Below, in pieces: positions 8,234 to 16,533 of a stretch of 40,800 bases of DNA. The notes under the pieces are model-generated. The model was given only the letters and a program-made list of their open reading frames with translations, made no database searches and had not been told where the DNA came from. The translations under genes were made by a program, and so were the position numbers. The stretch is from a virus (lineage: Duplodnaviria > Caudoviricetes): IMG/VR virus record IMGVR_UViG_3300048762_000046, positions 1-40,800 of that record. One strand, given 5' to 3'. Every line of letters begins with the position of its first letter. Within the stretch, counting starts at the first letter, position 1.

Positions 8234-8970
8234 TCCACCACAAGGTCTCCCAGGGTACCGACGCCTGGCTGAACCTGCGCGCCGGAATACCCACGGCTTC
8301 GTGCTTCGACAAGATTGTGACGGCGAAGAAACTCGAAGTGAGCAAGACCGCCGACAAGTACATGGCGTTCTTGCTCGCTGAGTGGATTCTTGGTATGCCG
8401 CTCGACACCTTCCAGGATGATTGGATGAAGCGCGGCCAGGAGATGGAGCCAGAGGCGGTGAAATACTACGCTCTGGAGACGGACACCGAGCCGGAGCCGG
8501 CTGGGTTCTTCACGACCGATGACGGAATGTCCGGGGCCTCTCCGGACCGGATCATGCCGTCCATCAAGCGCTTGCTTGAAGTGAAATGCCCGAGCCCCCA
8601 GGTGCATGTGGGCTACATGCTGGCAGCGTCCGGGGGGAAGTCTCTCGACGACGATTACGTGGCCCAGATACAAGGGCAGCTGGTAGTGTGTGACGAGTAC
8701 GAAGACCTGGACATTTTGAGTTACTGCCCCGGTTTTCCTCCCGTCATCATCAACGTGAAACGCAAGGAAACCATCGTGGACCAGAAGACCGGAGAGACGT
8801 ATTCACAGAAACTCGGTTCGTCGGTCAGGGAGTTCGCCGCAAAATTGGTCCAGGCGCGCGTGAGCCTGAAGCAGAAGTTCGGCGACTTCAAGCCGGTCGT
8901 GCGACGACGGCCGGACTCGCTCGGTATCTCCGAGGCGGACATCGACGCGATCATCGCAGGAGGCCAGTGA
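8230..8970 (+). CDS. YqaJ/lambda-exonuclease-family recombination exonuclease
   Basis: 'QGTDAWLNLRAGIPTAS', 'MKRGQEMEPEA', 'GASPDR', 'LEVKCP', 'QIQGQL'. Confidence 0.9.
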   Translation: MIHHKVSQGTDAWLNLRAGIPTASCFDKIVTAKKLEVSKTADKYMAFLLAEWILGMPLDTFQDDWMKRGQEMEPEAVKYYALETDTEPEPAGFFTTDDGMSGASPDRIMPSIKRLLEVKCPSPQVHVGYMLAASGGKSLDDDYVAQIQGQLVVCDEYEDLDILSYCPGFPPVIINVKRKETIVDQKTGETYSQKLGSSVREFAAKLVQARVSLKQKFGDFKPVVRRRPDSLGISEADIDAIIAGGQ

Positions 8971-9048
8971 TGATCCGCTCCGCCTGTTGGCTCTGGTGGC
9001 TCGCGGCTGCCGTGCTCATTGCGATGCGCGCGGCGGGGAGGGGGTAAG

Positions 9049-9882
9049 GTGAGCAAGGAACTCGAATACGGATTCGCGGATAAGGCGTGGTCTGTCGTTT
9101 TGGGTTGTGATAATACCATTCCATGCTGGCAAAACTGCTGGGCGAAGCGCACGGTAGCGCGGCTTGCATCGTCTCCCAATGCTAAAGTAGCATCGGCGCA
9201 CGCCGACTTGGTGCGCGTGACTAGCGCTAACGCGCAGATGCACGGCGCACCTGGGCTGGCTTGGACCGGCACGGTGCGGATCAATGAGGCGCACTTACTG
9301 GACCCCTTGAAGTGGCGCAAGTCGGCAGTGATTGCTACCGGGTTTCATGGGGACTGGGGGCTGTTGGCCAGTGAGGATAAGTGGCGTATGTTTGGGGTAA
9401 TGGCGGCCTGCCCGCAGCATACGTTTTTCCCTCTGACCAAGCATCGAATCGAAGAGACAGCGCGCTGGCTGGGCGCCGTCACGGTATGGCCCTGGATCAA
9501 CATCGGTGTGTCCGCCATGGAGCAGAAGGACGCGGACGCCATACTGCCGCATATTCGCCGTATCGCAGAGATGGGATGGAAGGTTCACTGCTGGCATGAG
9601 CCCGCCATCGGCCCGGTGGATTGGCGCGGGTGGGAGTTCCTGTCGTGGCTTGTCGTCGGAGGGCAGAGCGCCGGGGATGCGCCGTTCGATTTGCGATGGG
9701 CGCGAGATGCGATTGCGTGGGGAAATATAAACCACGTGCCGATCAAGATAAAGCAGATCGGGTTACATCCTGTCGATGGATTGCGCGATGTGTCTCATCT
9801 GGTAACCGACCGGCGCGGTGAGAACTGGGACAGTTGGCCTCCGGGACTAAGGGTGCGACAGATGCCGGAGGTGCGGCGATGA
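9049..9882 (+). CDS. DUF5131 (phage Gp37/Gp68) family protein
   Basis: 'W..V.GC.....C..NCWA', 'PLKWRK', 'CPQHTF..LTK', 'IGVS', 'EP..GPVD', 'WLVVGGQS', 'KQIG'. Confidence 0.85.
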   Translation: MSKELEYGFADKAWSVVLGCDNTIPCWQNCWAKRTVARLASSPNAKVASAHADLVRVTSANAQMHGAPGLAWTGTVRINEAHLLDPLKWRKSAVIATGFHGDWGLLASEDKWRMFGVMAACPQHTFFPLTKHRIEETARWLGAVTVWPWINIGVSAMEQKDADAILPHIRRIAEMGWKVHCWHEPAIGPVDWRGWEFLSWLVVGGQSAGDAPFDLRWARDAIAWGNINHVPIKIKQIGLHPVDGLRDVSHLVTDRRGENWDSWPPGLRVRQMPEVRR

Positions 9883-10088
9883 AGTCCATTATCACCATCG
9901 CACTTATCGGCGACTACCCATCAGCTTCGCCAACAGATGACTTGGTTCGTGGATTGCGCGCCGAAATAGAAGCCCACGCGCGGATCTCCAACGCCCCGCC
10001 GTTCCTGCGCGGGCGTGATGAGCGCGTTATGCCGCGCGATGAGTGCGGGAGACTCAAGGCTAAGTCCGCAGCGGGAGGAAAGCGATGA
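9879..10088 (+). CDS. Hypothetical protein
   Basis: ATGA overlaps; GGAGG SD. Confidence 0.55.
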   Translation: MKSIITIALIGDYPSASPTDDLVRGLRAEIEAHARISNAPPFLRGRDERVMPRDECGRLKAKSAAGGKR

Positions 10089-10513
10089 CGATCATAGTAT
10101 TCGGAACTCCGGCGCCGCAAGGCAGCAAGTCCTTCAAGGGTATGGCTGGCGGCCACGCTATCCTCGCGGAATCATGCAGGGCTGTGAAGCCGTGGCGGCA
10201 GGATGTCAAGGCCGCAGCTATCGAGGCTATGGGAGGCGCTGGCAAGGGGCTGGCAGGGCCGGTGACTGTCCGCATGGCGTTTACCCTTCCAAAACCCAAG
10301 AGCGCGCCCAAGCGGCGCAAAACGTGGCCAGACCGAAAGCCTGACGTCGACAAGCTCTGCCGGAGCACGCTCGACGCTTTGGTTCAGGCCGGAGCAATTG
10401 AGGACGACGCGCGTGTGGTCTGGATGCGCGCGTCGAAAGTGTTCCCCTGTGAGGGTATCGACTCGCTGGCCGTGCCTGGCGCATACATCGAAATTGCGGA
10501 GGTGTGCGAGTGA
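10085..10513 (+). CDS. rusA: RusA-family Holliday junction resolvase
   Basis: 'GTPAPQGSK', 'KPDVDKLCRSTLDAL...IEDDARVV'. Confidence 0.92.
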   Translation: MTIIVFGTPAPQGSKSFKGMAGGHAILAESCRAVKPWRQDVKAAAIEAMGGAGKGLAGPVTVRMAFTLPKPKSAPKRRKTWPDRKPDVDKLCRSTLDALVQAGAIEDDARVVWMRASKVFPCEGIDSLAVPGAYIEIAEVCE

Positions 10514-10851
10514 CCCAAGAGAACCGCGCGGCCATCATGTACGCGCAGTACCATTTGCGGCTGACTGTAAAGCAATTAGAGGCCGACTTGGCCACCGCCG
10601 TGGAAGATTCGGTCGTATCCGCGATCCGCGATTCCATTACCGCCTTTATCCGCGAGGCTATCGAGCAGTGCGATGCGGAGATGTGGCCGCCGTGCGAGCG
10701 CCGGCCCAGGGCTGGGTGGTCGCGGGTCCTTCCATCTTCGATCCTGGAAGCCATGGTTAGGGATCTCTTGAAATCGCGGGAAGAGATGCGCCGCCAGCTC
10801 GCCGAGTGCCGCGCGACCCTCAAGTCCATCGTGGACCAGCTCGCGGGTTGA
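10510..10851 (+). CDS. Hypothetical protein
   Basis: GTGA overlap; GGAGG SD. Confidence 0.6.
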   Translation: MTQENRAAIMYAQYHLRLTVKQLEADLATAVEDSVVSAIRDSITAFIREAIEQCDAEMWPPCERRPRAGWSRVLPSSILEAMVRDLLKSREEMRRQLAECRATLKSIVDQLAG

Positions 10852-10986
10852 ATCGGACCATGAGATCTGTTACACTTATCCGTAGAGCATGTTGTACCGC
10901 TGATCCCGGATTGCTCTACGAATCGCCGGTCAGGTGGCGGGAGCCTCATTCCCGCCTCCTAGCCGGCTGCTCATGAGGCGAGCAAA
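10848..10986 (+). promoter_or_regulatory. Sigma70 promoter plus a three-hairpin leader of the replication gene
   Basis: TTGAAT-17nt-TACACT with TG extension. Hairpins at 10881-10920, 10925-10967 and 10968-10984. Confidence 0.65.
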
Positions 10987-11811
10987 ATGAAACGTGGAAC
11001 CCCGAAGCACCCCAAGGTTTTCGCCCTCTGCAAGGCACTTAAAGTCCGGCGCCCAACGGCCATCGGGTACCTCGAACTTCTCTGGCACGCCACCGCCGAA
11101 TTCACCCCCCAAGGCAATATCGGAAAGTACCCCGACGAATGGATCGAGGCGTGCTTGGACTGGCACGGCAAGCGTTCGAAGCTGATTCGCGCTCTGCTGG
11201 CGACACGATGGCTAGACGCGTCGGACACATGGCGGCTGCTGGTTCATGATTGGTCCGATCACGCGGACGATAGTGTACGGAAAAGGTTAAATAGGAATAG
11301 TCTTTCTATTCTGTTACTTAGCGAGAAAGTGACCGGACAAAGTTCGGTCAGTGACCGGATTTCGTCGTACCATGGCTCCCCTGCCTTAGCCTGTGCCTTA
11401 GCCAGTGCCATGCCACAGCCACAGCCAAGGCCACCCGAGTACGTTGGTCCGCGTCTTCTCGCCGCCGACCTCAACGGACAGACGTCGCAGCGATTCGAGG
11501 AATTCTGGAAGCGATACCCCCGACAGGTCGGCAAGGATTCTTCCGCGCGCGACTGGTGTTCGGTGGTCACCATCGAAGCCGAGCCGGCCGTCTTCGCGTG
11601 CCTGGACAACTACCTGGCATCGTCCGAGGTCGCCCGCGGCTGCGTCGGAAACGCGGGCAGCACGGAGCGCGGGCCCGGATGGATCATGAAGTGCCACCGC
11701 GACGGATGGGAGAGCCGCTGGCCGACCGCGCGCGAACCCGAGCGCAAGCTCTCGGTCACTGAGCAGGCTGAGGCAAATTGGATGAGAGATCATCCGGGAG
11801 AGACGATATGA
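10987..11811 (+). CDS. Phage replication initiator (replisome-organiser-like)
   Basis: N-terminal 'HPKV..L...AIGYL..LW...VHDW.DH'; C-terminal 'FEEFWKRYPRQVGK..A..W'; low-complexity linker between them. Confidence 0.8.
   Translation: MKRGTPKHPKVFALCKALKVRRPTAIGYLELLWHATAEFTPQGNIGKYPDEWIEACLDWHGKRSKLIRALLATRWLDASDTWRLLVHDWSDHADDSVRKRLNRNSLSILLLSEKVTGQSSVSDRISSYHGSPALACALASAMPQPQPRPPEYVGPRLLAADLNGQTSQRFEEFWKRYPRQVGKDSSARDWCSVVTIEAEPAVFACLDNYLASSEVARGCVGNAGSTERGPGWIMKCHRDGWESRWPTAREPERKLSVTEQAEANWMRDHPGETI
11278..11362. other. Possible replication origin within the initiator gene
   Basis: AT-rich patch at 11280-11320 and a direct repeat GTGACCGGA (11329, 11351); position analogous to the lambda O origin. 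Confidence 0.35.
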
Positions 11812-12098
11812 GCTATGGAGATTCCCCGGCGGAAATCGAAGATGTTCGCCTGATGGAAAAACGCACGCGCGATCCATTGACGGTTATTTCACTCGATGAT
11901 TACCGCCAAGCCATTGCGGCCGCCCGCACAGAGGATCGCGAAGCCGCGTTACAAACCATCGACGAGGAAATCCAAGGCTACGAAGGACTACCTAGCCTGG
12001 GAGCCACAAGCGCCATGCAATACCAATACCTTAGGGGCTGCGTAGAGGGGCTGCGAATTGCGAGGAATTGCGTTATCCATCCCGAGAGGAAACCATGA
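11808..12098 (+). CDS. Hypothetical protein
   Basis: ATGA overlaps. Confidence 0.6.
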   Translation: MSYGDSPAEIEDVRLMEKRTRDPLTVISLDDYRQAIAAARTEDREAALQTIDEEIQGYEGLPSLGATSAMQYQYLRGCVEGLRIARNCVIHPERKP

Positions 12099-12685
12099 AC
12101 GCATTCACCCTTGTAGCCTCATTCCAAAGGTGCGCCAACTACCCGAAAGACAACGACGGCGTGTACGCGCTGGTCCAGGGGCTCGCCACCGCCGCGCGTG
12201 AGACCGGCGTGCAGATGGAGGACATCGTGGCGCGCTGCTCGGCCATCAGCCAATGGTGCCCAACTGACATGGATCTGTTGAGCGTCGGGTGGGAGATTGT
12301 GGCGGATCGAAAGCGCGCGGCCGAGGCGGACGTGGAGCGGACGAAGCGGGCAGCGTGGGAGCGCGACTGCGGGCCGGCGAAGCCATTCAGCTGGAACGAT
12401 GCGGTGGACCCCAAGCGCGTGCGAGAGGTAGCGGAGCGCCGGACGAGCATGTTCCGCGAGATCAAAAAGCTGCTTCACCTTCCGACCGGCAAGTGGGCGC
12501 CGCCGGATGATATGTGGGCCGCGGCTGAGCGCCTGGGCTACCACGACTACGCCTACTGCTGGCGCCGCAGCGCGCCGCCTGGCGGAAACGATTGGCGCGG
12601 CCAGATACCCGAGGACGTGCTGGAGAAGTGCAGCGGGCCCGGCGTGATTCGGAACCACGGAGCGAGCAAAGCATTGGTGTTCTGA
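12095..12685 (+). CDS. Hypothetical protein (position suggests a helicase-loader-type accessory)
   Basis: GAGGA SD; lies downstream of the initiator. Function is inferred from position only. Confidence 0.55.
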   Translation: MNAFTLVASFQRCANYPKDNDGVYALVQGLATAARETGVQMEDIVARCSAISQWCPTDMDLLSVGWEIVADRKRAAEADVERTKRAAWERDCGPAKPFSWNDAVDPKRVREVAERRTSMFREIKKLLHLPTGKWAPPDDMWAAAERLGYHDYAYCWRRSAPPGGNDWRGQIPEDVLEKCSGPGVIRNHGASKALVF

Positions 12686-13639
12686 TGACACTCGGAAAGC
12701 CTATTCACCGGCCTGGGTGGCCTCGATCTCGGACTTGAGCGTGCGGGTTTCGATGTCCGATGGCAATGCGAACTAGATCCATTTGCGCGGAGAATCCTGG
12801 AGAAGCACTGGCCCACGATAAAACGCTATGACGATATCCGAAAACTCACAGGAGCCGAACTTGAGCACGTTGATTGCATCGCCGGCGGGTTCCCTTGCCA
12901 GGACCTCAGCCAAGCCGGAAAGCGCGCCGGACTCGCGGGCGCTCGCAGCGGCCTTTGGTTTGAGTTCTCCCGTCTTGTTGGGGAACTTCGACCACGATTC
13001 GTTATCGCTGAGAACGTCCCAGGGCTCCTTACTATGCCAGGAGCAATGGGGCGAGTCATTGGAGACCTTGCCAGACTCGGGTATGTGGGATGCTGGCGGT
13101 GTCTACGAGCTTCAGACTTCGGCGCCGCTCACTTGCGAAAGCGGGTGTTCATCGTCGCGGCCCGAAGTGATTTGGCCTACACCGATGGACGCGGGCCATC
13201 AGGTGACGATAGCGGAGCAGGCGGAGCACTGGCAGACCCCCGCGACGGACAGCTTCAGGAGTCGCGGCGGGGATCGGAAGGACGAACAGGGGCTGGACCA
13301 GCAGGCGAGGATGTTCCCTACGCCATCGGCACGGGACTGGAAAAGCGGACAGGCCAGCGATGCAACGATGAACCGGAACGCGCGCCCGCTGAACGAGATT
13401 GCGGAGCATCTAGCCTTCCCGTCTTCGCTCCCGGCCCCGCCGATCCCCGATGGCCCGCAATCATCCGAGAGCGCCCCGACCTCGCGCCGGCGCTTGAATC
13501 CCCGCTTCGTGGAGTGGTTGATGGGATTACCGATTGGCTGGTCGAAGCCATGAGCGACCGCACGAAGCGCCTGGGGAGACTTGGTAACGCCGTGGTCCCT
13601 CAATGCGCGGAGTGGATTGGCTCCCACATATCCCGCTGA
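12685..13639 (+). pseudogene. dcm: C5 cytosine DNA methyltransferase, large subunit, with a +1 frameshift after codon 4
   Basis: ATG ACA CTC GGA + extra A + AGC CTA TTC. The shifted frame gives SLFTGLGG (motif I), GGFPCQD (IV), ENV (VI), HLRKRVF (VIII), LGNAVVP (X). No in-frame start precedes motif I. Confidence 0.8.
12828..13553 (+). CDS. Nested alternative-frame methyltransferase small (beta) subunit
   Basis: 241-aa ORF inside dcm, with WPTP/WQTP/FPTP repeats and a motif IX-like 'RRLNPRFVEWLMGLPIGW'. Confidence 0.75.
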   Translation: MTISENSQEPNLSTLIASPAGSLARTSAKPESAPDSRALAAAFGLSSPVLLGNFDHDSLSLRTSQGSLLCQEQWGESLETLPDSGMWDAGGVYELQTSAPLTCESGCSSSRPEVIWPTPMDAGHQVTIAEQAEHWQTPATDSFRSRGGDRKDEQGLDQQARMFPTPSARDWKSGQASDATMNRNARPLNEIAEHLAFPSSLPAPPIPDGPQSSESAPTSRRRLNPRFVEWLMGLPIGWSKP

Positions 13640-13734
13640 GCCTCAGCCCGCCGTCAGGTACCACCCAGGCCCCGAAAATCGAGCCTGCCCCCCCCCAGCG
13701 CCCCAGCAATCGGCATCCTACGCGACGACCAGAC

Positions 13735-13770
13735 GCAGAAACGCCCCGGTGAGGTAGGCTCGCCGGGGCG
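13735..13770 (-). terminator. Intrinsic terminator between convergent operons
   Basis: CGCCCCGGTGAG/CTCGCCGGGGCG 12-bp stem, 5-nt loop, TTTCT on the minus strand. Confidence 0.65.
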
Positions 13771-13813
13771 CTCTCGTTTGGCCGGATTTCCCGGCCCGGG
13801 CTTGGATCACCTC

Positions 13814-13951
13814 CTAACCACCCTTCAACGCCCACGCCAACACCCACCCCGCAAGCGCGAGCAATCCGCACACCGCGCCATAGCAGGCCAGCGGGAAGAC
13901 GACGATAAACGCCCAATCCATCAGCGTGATCAGGCGCAGTACGATTTTCAT
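13814..13951 (-). CDS. Small membrane protein
   Basis: MKIVLRLITLMDWAFIVVFPL...; GGAGG SD; overlaps the upstream stop. Confidence 0.55.
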   Translation of the reverse strand: MKIVLRLITLMDWAFIVVFPLACYGAVCGLLALAGWVLAWALKGG

Positions 13952-14253
13952 GCCGCCTCCCCCGCCGAGACCGCAGCCTCCCGGCACGCATCGCACTGAT
14001 ACAAATCCCGGTCCGCCGGGTGCCGATGCTTCCGGCAGGCATCACACATCAGCCGACCGCAGTCCTCGCAGCGCCAGGTCTCGATTCCGGCCACGGCGTA
14101 GCGCGGAAACTCGTCGGTGATGAGATCCACCTCGCACTGGATCTGTGAGTGGCACTCGGGGCATTCCAGGGTAACCGAGGTAGGGATTTCTAGCCGATAC
14201 TCAGGCCAGCGCGCCAACTCGCGGTGCTCGGATTCGGTCAGTCTACGCGGCAT
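13948..14253 (-). CDS. Zinc-finger protein
   Basis: Four CxxC motifs (CPEC, CEDC, CDAC, CDAC). Confidence 0.7.
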   Translation of the reverse strand: MPRRLTESEHRELARWPEYRLEIPTSVTLECPECHSQIQCEVDLITDEFPRYAVAGIETWRCEDCGRLMCDACRKHRHPADRDLYQCDACREAAVSAGEAA

Positions 14254-14266
14254 GAATTACCCCCAA

Positions 14267-14545
14267 CTACTCGCAGTACCGATTCGTGAGGGAGCTGGCC
14301 TGCCCTGAGTCAACCACGCCATCTGAAAATGCGCGAGATATGGGACCTCCCTTAAGCGCCAGGTATGGCTCTAGCGCAGACATCCGCGCTCTAGCCCTCC
14401 CCAGGGCAATCGACGATGAAGCTGTAAATGCGCTCAACTCATGAGCACATCCGGCGGCAATGTCAGACTCGGCGCGTTCTTTTGCGGCCCACGCGCGGCG
14501 GTATTCTTGGAGAGCCGATTCCGGGGTGATCGTTTCGTTTTCCAT
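14267..14545 (-). CDS. Hypothetical protein
   Basis: MENETITPESALQEY...; GAGGTGG SD. Confidence 0.6.
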   Translation of the reverse strand: MENETITPESALQEYRRAWAAKERAESDIAAGCAHELSAFTASSSIALGRARARMSALEPYLALKGGPISRAFSDGVVDSGQASSLTNRYCE

Positions 14546-14546
14546 G

Positions 14547-14732
14547 TTATTTCCACCTCTCAAATCTTTCGCGGGTCTTCTTCCACGGGACCCGCAAACC
14601 GTTACCGTCGCGCGCCTGGCGCGTGGCCCACTGCGAGAGTGGCCGCGCGCAAATGCTGCATTCCGTTCCGTGGTCTTCGACGCCGGCGACGGCGATTACC
14701 ATGCTCTTTATAATTCCGTTTGTGCTGATCAT
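14547..14732 (-). CDS. Hypothetical protein, probably leaderless
   Basis: ATG lies 6 nt downstream of a -10 box. Confidence 0.55.
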   Translation of the reverse strand: MISTNGIIKSMVIAVAGVEDHGTECSICARPLSQWATRQARDGNGLRVPWKKTRERFERWK

Positions 14733-14738
14733 GTATTC

Positions 14739-14825
14739 AGAATACCCCCGCTACCCCTTTGTGTCAATAACTATTTCGTGACATTAATTAAAATTAATGT
14801 GGGGCTTGCAAAGGGGTGCTACAAT
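14739..14825. promoter_or_regulatory. Divergent promoters around a palindromic operator
   Basis: Minus strand TTGACA(14767)-17nt-TATTCT; plus strand extended -10 TGCTACAAT (14817-14825); perfect inverted repeat ACATTAATT-AA-AATTAATGT at 14781-14800. Confidence 0.75.
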
Positions 14826-15073
14826 CCTGCGTGAGGAGTTCGGCCGAGGCGGTGAATGACGCCAGGCTGGCCCGCGCTGGGATCTGCCCGCCCCTCATCG
14901 TGGCGACCGCAGGACGCGAAATGCTGGGAAACCAGGCGCGGTGAGGCTGCGAGTAGCGCCCCTGTGACAAGAGGGTGTCGCCTGCTGGTTCCCGCGCGCG
15001 GCCACTCGCTCTTTCTTCCCTCGCGGGGGTAGGGGGCTTGTTTCTCTTGCTCGACCCGCGTGATAATAAGCAC

Positions 15074-15559
15074 GTGCCCGCCGGCCGCCCATCGTCCTAC
15101 ACCCCTGAACTCGCGGAATTGATCTGTGAACGCCTGGCAGACGGTGAATCAGTGCGCTCGATCTGTGAATCAGCGGAGATGCCCGACCGAACCACGGTAC
15201 GGAGATGGCTTGGATTGAATGCCGATTTTGCCGCCAAGTGTGCGCGCGCGTGGGAGTTACAGGCGGACTGGTACACGGATAAGCAGCTCGAATTGTCGGC
15301 CGCGGCAATCGCTGGCCGAGTGGATCCGCAGGCCGCCAGAGTGGCGATGAGCGCCTACCAGTGGGTGGCCAGCAAACGGCATCCCAAGCGCTACGGGGAC
15401 ACGCAGAACATCAATCAGCGCCTGGTTGATGAGCAGGGCCGCGACCGAGAGCCCCTCAACGTGGTATTTGTGGGTGTGGGCCAGTCCGCGGTTGCAGCGC
15501 GGGGGAAACCTCCGGCTCTCGCGTTGCAACCGCCTGAATCTGATGGGGAGAAAATCTGA
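15074..15559 (+). CDS. terS: Terminase small subunit
   Basis: 'GRPSSYTPELAELICERLADGESVRSIC...MPDRTTVRRWL...W.ASK.HPKRYGD'; GTG start. Confidence 0.9.
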   Translation: MPAGRPSSYTPELAELICERLADGESVRSICESAEMPDRTTVRRWLGLNADFAAKCARAWELQADWYTDKQLELSAAAIAGRVDPQAARVAMSAYQWVASKRHPKRYGDTQNINQRLVDEQGRDREPLNVVFVGVGQSAVAARGKPPALALQPPESDGEKI

Positions 15560-15635
15560 TGCGCTGGTTCCTGCGCGCGATACGCCTGCTGCTCTACCTG
15601 CCCTCGCGCTGGGACCGCTGGAGCCAGGGGCTGTG

Positions 15636-15959
15636 ATGGTCTCGATGTTCTGGTGGATGCTCGTTGCTCACTCCCTGTGCGATTACCCGCTACAGGGAGA
15701 TTTTCTAGCTCGCGGGAAGAACGTCCGTAACCCACTATCGGGTGTTCCATGGTGGATTTGTTTGGCAGCGCACTCCCTTATCCATGGTGGAGCGGTGGCG
15801 CTGCTGACCAATCCGATGTTAGGATCTTTCGAGTTTGGGGCGCACTGGGCAACCGATTACCTGAAGTGCTGCAATGTGATCGGATTCAAGACCGATCAAG
15901 CCATCCATGTGGTCTGCAAGGCTCTTTGGGTGGGATTGTGGTGGCTGCTGGTGGTATGA
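15636..15959 (+). CDS. DUF3307-family membrane protein
   Basis: 'AHSLCDYPLQGDFLA', 'HSLIHG', 'HWATDYLK', 'DQAIH'. Confidence 0.85.
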   Translation: MVSMFWWMLVAHSLCDYPLQGDFLARGKNVRNPLSGVPWWICLAAHSLIHGGAVALLTNPMLGSFEFGAHWATDYLKCCNVIGFKTDQAIHVVCKALWVGLWWLLVV

Positions 15960-15960
15960 T

Positions 15961-16524
15961 ATGGCCGAGAGCGTGCTGATTTCGGAGGTTCCGGTCGAAT
16001 ACGAGCGGAATCCAGAGCACGCCGAAGTAGGGGAGGATTACCGAGTGCCAAACGTAATGGTAACGGGCCTGCAAGAGGACAACGAGCACGGGCTCGACGA
16101 GTCGCTGGCAGAGTTCAGGAAACACCACGCCGATGTCGGCGACAAGCTGCTGAACATCAGCCAGGTAGGGCGCCGCCCTGACGGGCCTCCGCTAAAGCTG
16201 AACGACCCGCGGCCGGCGCTGCCGCATAGCGACTGGCCATTTATGCTCTACAAGCCCGGCGAGGACGAGCCGCGCACAGTGCGCAACGCCGCCGAGATGC
16301 AGGAGGCCCGGCTGGCCGGCTGGCGCGACGAGCCCGTCATCAAGCCCCAGGTGGCCGTACTCGACGCCGCGACCGAGAAAAAGATGCTGCTCGACGCCAA
16401 CAAGGCGCAGCAGGCGCAGATTACGCTGCAAAGCGAGATGATCGAGAAGCAAAACGCGCTCATGCAGCAGATGACGAATCGGCTGGACTCCCTGGAGACG
16501 ACCGGCCGGCGTAAGTCCGCATAG
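15961..16524 (+). CDS. Hypothetical protein, probably virion/morphogenesis associated
   Basis: 'WPFMLYKP...VRNAAEMQEA..AGWRDEP' and a C-terminal coiled coil; sits in the head-completion cluster. Confidence 0.65.
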   Translation: MAESVLISEVPVEYERNPEHAEVGEDYRVPNVMVTGLQEDNEHGLDESLAEFRKHHADVGDKLLNISQVGRRPDGPPLKLNDPRPALPHSDWPFMLYKPGEDEPRTVRNAAEMQEARLAGWRDEPVIKPQVAVLDAATEKKMLLDANKAQQAQITLQSEMIEKQNALMQQMTNRLDSLETTGRRKSA

Positions 16525-16533
16525 GAGGCCACG

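Noticed and set aside
13685-13700. Poly-C tract as a phase-variation site
   Set aside because: It lies in a convergent intergenic region with no gene or promoter to switch.
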